The position numbers were made by a program, and so were the translations under genes. Below, in pieces: positions 1-10,300 of a stretch of 34,696 bases of DNA. The stretch is from a virus (taxonomy: Duplodnaviria; Caudoviricetes), in IMG/VR virus record IMGVR_UViG_3300037991_003957, positions 1 to 34,696 of that record. The stretch is one strand, 5' to 3'. Every line of letters starts with the position of its first letter. Position 1 is the stretch's first letter. The notes under the pieces were generated by a model that was not told the origin of the DNA, did no database searches, and saw nothing but the letters and a program-made list of their open reading frames with translations.

Positions 1-735
1 GCTTTAATAGGCGTCTCGATGACTGGGATCGGCTCGGGTACGGTGTTAGGATACGACATGAAGAAGGCCGCAAGTGTAGTCAAAAGAGAAAACGCAAGAG
101 TCGCGAAGCTGATTGGAATTAATCCAGCAGCACGATGTACAACTGTAAAGCCTGCAGGGACGACATCTCTTGCACTAGGAACGTCATCTGGTATACACGC
201 ATGGCATAATGATTATTATCTACGCAGGATCAGAGTTGGTAAAAACGAAAGTATATATAAATACTTATTTGAAAACCACCCAATGTTAGTTGAAGATGAA
301 TTTTTTAGACCTCATGACACTGCTGTGATTAGTATACCACAGAAAGCTCCGGCTGGATCTATACTTAGAACTGAATCACCTTTTCAATTACTTGAACGTA
401 TAAAAAAGGTTGCTATGGATTGGGTTGTACCTGGTCATAGAAAAGGATCTAACACTCATAATGTTTCTGCTACTGTTAGTTTAAAACCCGAAGAGTGGGA
501 AGACGCAGGAGAATGGATGTGGGTTAATAGAGATAGTTATAATGGACTTTCTGTTTTACCTTTTGATGGTGGCACTTATACTCAAGCTCCTTTTGAGGAT
601 ATTGACGAAGGAACTTATATAAATAGGTTGCAACATTTAAAAGATATAAATTTAAAGAATGTTATCGAAACTGAAGACAACACTGATCTTAGTGGTGAGC
701 TTGCTTGCGCTGGTGGTGCTTGTGAAATTAAGTAG
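1..735 (+). CDS. nrdJ: Class II (adenosylcobalamin-dependent) ribonucleotide reductase, C-terminal part, truncated by the window edge
   Basis: The frame is open from base 1 (ALIGVSMTGI...), so the ORF-track start at 19 is internal. It has the TTVKPAGTTS motif and the C-terminal redox-active pair in GELACAGGACEIK, typical of monomeric class II RNRs. Confidence 0.9.
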   Translation, partial: ALIGVSMTGIGSGTVLGYDMKKAASVVKRENARVAKLIGINPAARCTTVKPAGTTSLALGTSSGIHAWHNDYYLRRIRVGKNESIYKYLFENHPMLVEDEFFRPHDTAVISIPQKAPAGSILRTESPFQLLERIKKVAMDWVVPGHRKGSNTHNVSATVSLKPEEWEDAGEWMWVNRDSYNGLSVLPFDGGTYTQAPFEDIDEGTYINRLQHLKDINLKNVIETEDNTDLSGELACAGGACEIK

Positions 736-1237
736 TTGTAAAAAAATAACTCGTAATTGGAAAACTTTTACTATAAGAAAGGGAGAACACCGGTCGACTA
801 GAGCTGTTAACTTTAGTAAAAAAACCTCATTTTGTTGGGCTATAGAATTTGATTCAAGCGCTGTTTATAAAACTGTAAACAGCTTAAATCAACTCGATGT
901 TAATAAACTAATAGGATGGAGTGATTGTGGAGAAGATCATTTAGAATCTTCTATAAGGTTTGGTTGGAGATGGACGGATAGCTTAGAAATACATTGGTTT
1001 AAACATGAAAACGGCAACTTTAGTTTTGCTAAAATAACTAGTGTTGATTTATGTAAGCCATATAATTATAAACTACGTATTCACAATTGGGATTATGAAA
1101 TGGAAGTAGACGGCGTTAAAGTATTCGTACCAAGAAACTGCGTAACACATAGAAGGAGATATCAATTATTTCCTTACTTTGGAGGAGATGAAACAGCTCC
1201 TCATGATATAACAATTAAAATAAAGAAAAATGTGTGA
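659..1237 (+). CDS. Putative lipoprotein with a beta-rich (possibly lectin/ConA-like) domain
   Basis: A basic N-terminus, a hydrophobic core and a lipobox-like LSSC are followed by a Trp/Phe-rich domain (NKLIGWSDC, SIRFGWRW, LFPYFGGDETAPHD). It overlaps the RNR 3' end by 77 nt. Confidence 0.7.
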   Translation: MLSKLKTTLILVVSLLALVVLVKLSSCKKITRNWKTFTIRKGEHRSTRAVNFSKKTSFCWAIEFDSSAVYKTVNSLNQLDVNKLIGWSDCGEDHLESSIRFGWRWTDSLEIHWFKHENGNFSFAKITSVDLCKPYNYKLRIHNWDYEMEVDGVKVFVPRNCVTHRRRYQLFPYFGGDETAPHDITIKIKKNV

Positions 1238-1268
1238 ATTATGTGGAGGCTTCTGTGGAGGCTGTTAA
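1230..1268 (+). CDS. Cys-rich micro-peptide MCELCGGFCGGC (12 aa)
   Basis: The ATG at 1230 overlaps the end of the upstream gene after an A-rich run. The TAA at 1266-1268 lies just before the terminator. Pattern is CxxC-x3-CxxC. Confidence 0.5.
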   Translation: MCELCGGFCGGC

Positions 1269-1273
1269 ATAAT

Positions 1274-1303
1274 AAAAGGGAGGTCTTACGGCCTCCCTTT
1301 TTT
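1274..1303. terminator. Bidirectional intrinsic terminator between the convergent arms
   Basis: AAAAGGGAGGTC-TTAC-GGCCTCCCTTTTTT: a GC-rich stem flanked by A and T tracts. Confidence 0.88.
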
Positions 1304-1333
1304 GGTTACAGGAACTTTGGGTATGGTGCCCAT
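1286..1333 (-). CDS. Possible micro-ORF MGTIPKVPVTKKGRP (15 aa)
   Basis: The ATG is preceded by ATAAAAA, 12 nt after the giant gene's stop. Its TAA falls in the terminator loop. Confidence 0.25.
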   Translation of the reverse strand: MGTIPKVPVTKKGRP

Positions 1334-1345
1334 TTTTTATGTTCC

Positions 1346-4300
1346 TTATTTAAAATCACTTTCGCTAAATAAATCACTATCAGAAGAGTCTTTAAATGAC
1401 ATCGTACTTGGATCCCATTCTAACTTGTTTTTTGTAGATGAACTATTTGTAGATTTTTTCTTCTTTTTAGGTTCTAACTGCCAAGTTGGCCAACCTAAAA
1501 CGTTAGCTATAGATTGCCATGTATCTATATTATCTGCAGTTGCATCTTTTAAATTATTTATTTTACTATACATTCTGTCTAAAGGTACATTACTAACAGC
1601 CGTTATAACCTTAGCCATAGATTCATAAGCTGGATTATCTAAACTAAATCCTTTATCAAATACCTCTGCTCTACGTTTTTTACTATCAAAAGGATAAGCA
1701 GCAGATTTAAACCTAGATAACTTACTTTTTATTGATGGTGAAAATTCTAATAACTTATAATAAGCGTCGGTATACTCTGGTCTTTTACGTGCTGATCTTT
1801 TATAAATATCTAAACCTAGGTTTTTCAATACTTGAAGAGTTACCCCTCCTAATCCTAAACCTCTAAGAGAAGAATCTAACATACCATTGACTGTATCTAT
1901 AGTCTTTTTATCTTTATCTTCATCGCTAAAATCATCACCAAAACCTAAAGCAAAAGCTCCTTGTTGTAACGCGTTAAACATTAAGTTTTGTAGAAATCCA
2001 TAATAAATAACCTTACTTAAATTAGCTTTCATATCACCTCTACCATTAGCTATATCTTGTATAGCTCTTTTTTGTATCCTTGCATATTGCATTGGTGTAT
2101 TAGCATATTGTAATATTATCCTACCTAAATCACCAGACTGTTGCATTGATATTTTACTAGGATCAGAAGACTGTTGAGACTTTTCAGACACTTGTCTAAA
2201 TTCTTTCATAGCTTGTGCTTCAGCTTCCTTAACAGACATTCCTTTTTTAACAAGATCATTTATTCTGTTTCTGTAAAACATTGCACCACCAGATGCTATA
2301 GCAAAACTATCAGCAAATTTTGTAGGTAAATAACCTTTTTCTAATATGTAGTTTAAAGCTGCTTTAGCCTTGTTCTTAGATGTTTTAGCAGCATCAGCTA
2401 TTTCAGATTCATTTATATTTAATTTTAAACCATTACGTCTGTCTTTTAAATAATCAGAGTTCATTAACTTAGTAAAATCTTTCCAGTATTGAGGTTGATT
2501 AGCAAAAGCTTTACCTGCCATAAGTGGATTATTAAAACTCCAATTAACAAAGTTAGCAGCTGAGATAGTTTGCAATAACGCTGATCTAGTATTAAAGAAC
2601 ATAGTAACACCCGTCGAGTTGTTTATATAATCCAATACTTGGTTGCTTAATCTATTACCTCCAGCAGTTCTATTACTACCGGATTTCATACGAGTAAGCA
2701 TGTTCTCCATAGCTTCTCTATATTTTCTACCATACGCTGCTTCAAGCTTGTTCATATTTTCTTTACTAAAAATAATATCAACATTTTCTTTCCACGGCTG
2801 TAAATATTTAGCTCTTTTAGTTTTATTAAGAACTTCAATAAGATCTGTTGTTATAGTTCCTATAGCCCAATCTTTTCCTGGTGTACTATATCCATCACCT
2901 TTTGTTATTTGAAATATTTGATCCGCAAACGCTTTTAATTTAGGATTATTTTCTACTATATCGTTTAATTCTTTTAAATCAGTTTTAGACAACCCAGGTG
3001 CTTCTTTACCTTCTTTACCCCACATATATACTCTTACAGCTTGTTCATTAGTAAAACCAGACTTAGTCTCTTTTCTAAGGTCTGCTGGTACATCTAATTC
3101 TTTTTTAAGCGCTTTAAAATCATTCATTAAGTTAACTCTGTCTGTAGATAAATTCTCAGTAGCTCTAGTATAAGGATCAAATAAATTTTCTTGATAAAAC
3201 TTTAATGCAGCTTCACCTTTTTTACCTTTAGGTAATGTAGCATATAATAACCCTAAGAAATCTTCAGCAGACGGTGGAATAAAAAATCTTTGCTTTCTAG
3301 CTTTATTACCTCTTATTTCGGCTTTAATATCTGAAAATATTTTTTCCGCTCCAATACCTGTTTTCTCTTCTAATATTTTATTAAACTCTTGACTTAGCTT
3401 TTCACTAGCATTCATTCTTGCTTGTTGTACTTGAGATTTAATATCTAATACTTCTAAAGCATCACGAACAGCTTTAACATTTTGAGGAGCATCATCAGCA
3501 AAGTAAAAATCATTATAACCTTCAGCTGCTTTACCAACTAGCCAATCAGCTTTTGCTTTACCAGTTGAGTTACCTAAACCTGTTATATTTTCTAATGGTA
3601 TATCAATACCCATTTGTTTTAAAAACTCATGTATAGCAGGTGCTGCTTCAGGTGCTCTAGCTGTTAATATAAATATATCTCTTTCACCTTTCGCTTCTTT
3701 CATTGTTTTCATTAAGTCAAACAATGGACCTTTACCACCTTCAGTTACTTTGTTAAAATCAGAGAAGTCCATTTCCCAACCTTTATCTATAAGATCTAAA
3801 CCTTCTTTAGCAAACTGTTCTGCGTTAAGTACTTTTCTCTTACCATCTTTAGTAGCAAACACTTTGTTTTTACTTGTACCAACTGTATCATCAAAGTCAA
3901 ATACTCTAATTTTTTTAGGTTCTTTTTTAACTTTCCTAGCATTAGCTAAAGCTTTATCAATAGTATTAGCTTTTTTAACTAAGTCATTGGTAGACATTTT
4001 CTCACTTAAATTAAGAACTGGAGATTCACTAAGCATTTTGTAATCAGCTTTAGTAGCTTCTAGTCTAGCAGGCGCATCTTTAATAGTTAGATCCATCATT
4101 TCTCTAGCTTCCTTAGCGCTCATTTTACCTATAAGTTGCTGATGTATTAAATGGTTTTGTATCTCTACTATGTTAGGATCGCTCTCTAATTTTCTAGGTA
4201 CCTCAACATTATATCTTTTAGCATCAGTCTCTCCAAACCTAGTTAGTTTGTTAGGATTTACATAACCACGATTAGAACCATATTCATTATACTTTCTAAT

Positions 4301-7300
4301 ATCTGGACTAATAACATCTTCCCATTTTCTTTTACCTTCTAAAGCTTCTTGTAATTGTCTTTCTAGTTCAGGATGTAGTTTATCTTTTGAAGCCCACTTA
4401 GGTAATTTAGAACCATCTTTAGCAAAATCTCTAGTTGGGTGATCTAGTATACTTCTAGAACTCCAAACTCCATTTCTAGGTCCCTGGTAATTACTAATTA
4501 CTTCTTGAGTATAATTATCGTGTAACCAATCTTTTAAATTATTCCATGTTTTTCCATCTTTAGTTATGCCTTGTAGTAGTAAATTAGAGTAAGCGCTAAA
4601 TGGTAACATGTGCTCTTCATATCTTATGTCTTTACCTATTTCTTTACCTACTATTGTTGCTAAATTTCTTAATGGATGAGAATTAGAATTAGGGTGCCAA
4701 AGCATGTAAGCAATAACATCTAGGTTTTTATTATCTTTTTCATAAGCGTCTCTAAAAATATCTAAAAATAAATCTTTTCCTTCTTTAATATCTTTCCAAT
4801 CAGCTTTATTACCGTTTATTTTATTTTCAGGATTTTTACTTAAAGTTTCTGGATTAACAACTCTATCCATTAACTTTATTTGTTCAGGAGTAAACTTGTT
4901 ATATTTTTCAGGATTACTTTTTATTATTTGTTTTATCTCTGTTTGAAAATCAGCAACCTGCATAGTTAATCCAGCATCTAAAGCTTCAAGTGTAGGCTGC
5001 ATTTCTTTTACAGCTTTATCTCTAGCTTGTTTCTTTGTGTAAATTAACTTACCTTCACTATCTTTTGCTTTCTCGTATCTTCTAGTTAAATTATCAACAC
5101 CGACTTCGTATTTTCCTACTAACGGAAACTTATCTTTAAATGCTTTTAATACATCCGCTCTAGAAGAAAATACACCTGATCCTATAAGTTTAGATCTTTT
5201 ACCATCATAGAAAAAGTTACCACCAATATCAAGTAGATCGCCGTACATAACTTTTTTTATTCTAGGTACTAACGCCTTTGAACCTAGTAATTGAGGTATA
5301 GATTTTATTCCTTTTTTATTTAGCGTTTCGTTAAATATTTTTTCTGAAGCTTGAAACTTGCTTGCACCAGCTTTTAAATCTGCTAATAATTGTTTTTTAG
5401 GTATAGCGGATTTAATATCCATACCTTCTATTTTCTTTCTTACAACTGTATTAGCTATTTGATAACCTTCTAACTTAGCAACTCCTTTAAGTAATTGACC
5501 AATGTTTCTATCATACTTATTTAATTGACCAGCTTCTGTAATACCTAATTCTTTTTGTACTTTAGCTATAGTCTCATTAGATATTTTACCTTTAAACTCT
5601 GGTTTTAATTCCCATATAGCAGGTTGACTAGTCAAACCTTTAGATCTTTTACCAGTTTTATTATAAAAAGTTTTTAATACTCTGTTGCTTATTCCAGTAC
5701 CGTATCCATATACATCCCTTGATACATCTAATTTTTCTAAACCAATGTTAGTCTCCATGTCACTAACGTTTGTTTTAGGTAAATTTTTAATAAAAGTTTC
5801 TACTTTGTTTTTATTAGAAAAAGCTTTTTGTATATTACCTGCTTCAGAAGGTTCTGGAATACCATCTTTAATTTTCTTAGCGTAAGTAAGATTTTTCTTT
5901 GGATCCATAATCTTAGCTTCAGGAACACCAAAAGCTATTGATGCGGCTTTACCTCCATAAGCTTCTCCTACTCCTTTAAAACCACCTGTACGCATGCCTA
6001 CAGCGTCTGCCTCTGTAAAGTCTATAGCGTCTTCAATTTCTTTTGCTTTAGGTTTTACATTTGGAGCCTCTAATGGATTTATTGTTTTAGTATCTTTAGT
6101 AGTTTCAGCTCTACCTGACTCTTTGTCAATAAGCGCTTCTTCAGGATTTAGATCTTTAGATTCAGCATCAAAACCTCTTTCACCCTCTTTAGTAGGCTGT
6201 TCTAGTCTAATTTCATTACCTTCAAATTGACCTTGCTTAGCTTTATCTAAAGCTTGTTTAAATCGTTGAGTCAAACGTTGATTCATGAACGCACCAAATG
6301 GTATTCTTTTACCATCAACAATAGGCTTGTACTCCCCTAATGCTTGAGAAAACTCAGCGTTAAATGCAGATACAAACTCTTTTTCAGAAATTCTTTTAGA
6401 TTTTTCTAAAGCTTGTATTCTAGGATTATTTGCTGCTCTATTAGCCCTAGCACTTATCATTGCGCTATTAGCTTTAGTTAATTCATCTTTAATTTGTTTT
6501 TTAAACTTAGGGTCTTTTATGTCTCTTACTCTTATATCACCACTCCCTTGATCAATAATTTTAGTTTCAATTTTTTCATTCGCATCCGAAGCAGCTTTAC
6601 TACCTTTAGATACTACTTTCTCTGAAGCTTGTAAACCAGTTGTTTCAGTTTCCACACCTAAAGCATCTGCTTCACGCTTTAAAAACTCATTAATGTTTTT
6701 ACTATTGTATTTACCACTCAGCACAAAATCTACAAACTTAATAGGATCGTTTAATGCGTCATTATACTCTTTTTCTGTAAGATCTTTAGTACTTTGTTTT
6801 TCACTAGATTTTCTTTGTGCCTCAGATTTTAAGTTATTAAAAGCACCATTTTCATTTAACTGTACAAATTCGTTAAGAAACTCTTTAAGTTCTGATAATG
6901 GTACTTCTTTACCTGAAATAATTTGTTCTAATACAGCGTCATTAAAACCAGGTCTTTTAGACATTTCAGCACTAACCATACTAAGTATACCTTTATCTTT
7001 TAAAGCTCCTATAAAGTTATCTAAATACTCTCTAGCTTCTTGCTCTGCTTGTTTTCTAGCTCCTTCTATATCTCTAGTATCTTTAGCTATAACTCTTGCT
7101 CTAGCTTCTATAGCTTCATCACCTATTCTTCTTTCAAATGGATGGTGCCATATTTCATGTACAGCTGTTCCACCAACATTTTCTCTAGCTGTAGCTTCTG
7201 TATTTACTAAAGCTATAGATTTTCCATTAACAACGCCTTGATAACCAAAACCAGTCGGACTAAAATTACCACCGTTTTCTTCCATGAACTTCTTCATTTC

Positions 7301-10300
7301 AGCATCGTTCATTTCTCTTATATCAAAGCCAGCTTCTTTGTATTCGTTAATTTCTTTTAACTCTTTACTAGTTCTTTCTACCTTGCCTTTTTCAATTAAA
7401 TCTTTTTTAGTTTTTAAAACAACGTCTAATTTAGAATCTATTTCATTTAATTGAGTTTCATAATCTGCTTTGTCTAATCTATTAGCTTCATAGTCTTTCT
7501 TTAATTTTTCTTTAGCACTTTCTAATCTACTTTCAGCTATTGATTCATCTATATATTTTTGAAAATTAGGATTATTAAGGTCACCTTGAAAACGTCTACT
7601 TGCTATATCTCTCATAGAGTAACTAAAGTCTACGACTCGTTGAGCTTGAGCTTTATCAAGTCCATATAACTCTAGCATTTTAAAACCAGAAGTTCCATCA
7701 CTAGTAAACGAAGCACCTTCTATTACAGCTAGGTTTTTAGCGTTAAAACCACCAATAGATATAGCATAAGCAGCTTGTTCTAGTTCTTTAAAACTACCCA
7801 TAACTTCTGGATTAGCTAGATCTTTAGCTAACACATCTAACGGTATTTTTAATTTTAACCTATTAGCATTAAACTCTAAGTTAGAGATTTCTTGTTTCTT
7901 TTGACTTTCGCTTTTATCACTTTCGTTTATTTCTTTTTTTCTCGTTTCTAAAGCTTCGTCTACTCTATTGCTAAAAGCTTCTTCTCCCTCTTTATATTCT
8001 TTACTACCGTCAGAAACAGTTTTCATCCCAAGAGATCTTCTGAGTTTATTCCATTGTGGGTTGTTTCCTCTTAATAAGTCTATTTCTGTTCTAAATCTTT
8101 CTATAGTTTGTTTACTATATCTATCTGGTCTAGATAGTCCTAAAAACAATAAAGCTCCACCTAACTCCATTAAATGAGCAGGATCTGTCACATCATTTAA
8201 AGCTTGTGAAACAGTCTTGTCTCCAGATAATACAGCTCCTACGTTATCAGCGGTGCTTATAGTTAAAGCACCTCCTGCAGCTCCAGCAATTTTACCACCA
8301 GCAGTAACGCTTAGTCTACTTGCTGATTTTAAACTTCTATCTACGATACTTCCTGTATATTTTAAAGCCCCGTTTTTAGTTGAAGCAGTGGTTGGTACTT
8401 GGTAAAAATATTCTAAAGCATTTCTTTGTGCGGCACTACCGTTTTCATATGTTTTTAATATAGCTTTGTTAAACTTATTAGAAGCTTGAGCGCCTTTTAA
8501 TCTTATTGCACTAGCTGTTAAAGCAAATAACTCTGGATTTTCTATACCCGGTCCAAAACCTAAACCTCTTTCCATTGCATTACTACCCTGTAGTCCAATA
8601 TACTCTGTCATCACAGCGCTAGTATATGAAGCAACGTTTTTAGCAACTCCTTTTGACACCCCAGATCTTAATAAACCTCTAAATGTAGCAGCTCTTAAAG
8701 CAGCAGGACCTAATCCAGCACCACCAGTTGCTACAGTTGTTAAGTATATTTCAGCTCCCATTCTAACTAAACCCGGTATAGATTTACCTGAGCTTTTCCA
8801 AAGATCATGTTCTATAGTAGCTAAATCTCTTACGTCTGAATCTGTCTTTTTTATACCATAAACATCTTCTATTATATCAAAACCTAATTCTCTAGATTTA
8901 TCTCTTGTTAATGGTGCGTTCATGCCAATAGCTTCTGGTGTAGCTTCACCAATGCCTTCTACAAATCTACCTACACCGGCTAAAAATCCATCACCTACAG
9001 TACTTTCGTAAGTTGTTGGATCTGCATTTAAACTTTGAGCCAATAGTAGTGTTGACCTATAATCTAATAAATCATTCCACCTGCTAGGTAGATTATCCTT
9101 AGCACTTGCATCATTCTCCAATAGAAAACTATCTTGATCAGACTGAGGTAATGGAGTAAGAAGAGAAGGCATTTCGCCTGTTTCAACCCATTTATTTATT
9201 TTTCTAAAGTCTTCAAAAGCACTACCCTCTGCTCCAACTAATTCTTGACCCAAAGCACCAAACAATTGAAAGTAAGTACTCTCATTCATAGTCTCACTTA
9301 ACCCTTTTCTTTTAAGATCTTTGGCAATGTTTAAAAGCTCTCTGTCAACATCAAGTAATTTTTCATCTAATTTATCAGGAGCTTCAAGAAGTAAATCCTT
9401 TAAATCGTTTTTCTTATTTTGATTTTTAAGATTAAGAGCATCTACCTGGTTTTGTCTATCTTTTCTAACAAACTTACCATCTTCTTTTAATAAACTAATC
9501 TCATCATCGTTTAAAAAATCTTGAAGCTTTTTATTGTAGTTTTTATATGCTAGTGTTTTTTCTTCACCAGCTTTCATTTTATCAATAGCTTGTTTTTCTG
9601 CAATTAAACTTTTTAATTGATCTTTACTTTTATAAAAAGGTAATTCAGCTTCTAATATTCTAGCGCCATCTTTTTTAGCTCTTTCAGTTCTATTATTTTG
9701 AACTGTTAAAGCTATAGCATCTTCTTCTGCTTTTAACTTAGCTTCTTCCTTAGTAAGAGTATTACCTTCTTTGTTTAATATATCTTTTTGTAATTTACTT
9801 ACTAATTCTTTATCTACACCTTTTTCTTTAACATTTTCAATTTCTTTTTCGTTCTCTTCTCTTTCACTTTTTTCATTAACATAGTCATTATATGCTAACA
9901 TTACTTGTTTACCCTTATTGTTAGGACCCCACTCTTGAGATCCATCTAGCCATTCCCTAATGTTATTTCTTATTTCTTGATTATCTTGAACAATCCCTCT
10001 AGCCGCGACAGATGATGGCCTAGTAATCATAGGATCTCCTGCATTAAAAGCCATTGGACTAGAAGAACCACCACCCGCTAAATAATCTAAAAATCCTATA
10101 TTATTTTTAGCACTAGCTCTAGCTGTAGCAACAACCTCCTTAGGCATCCCTAATTTTTCTAAAGTTTCTATAGTTTTGTTTAGTTCGTCATTAGACATAC
10201 GTCCTTCAGCATCACCGCTTATATTAGGGTTAAAACCTTGATTAAACAAAGATTTAGCTTCGTTTTGATAATCAAAATTTTCTTTAGCTTTTTTATTTTG

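Noticed and set aside
2170-6820. Additional SEK tripeptides (RQVSEK, KRISEK, RKSSEK) as further junction motifs
   Set aside because: They lack the hydrophobic-(Q/N)-(A/L) prefix and appear to fall within domains, so they were not counted.
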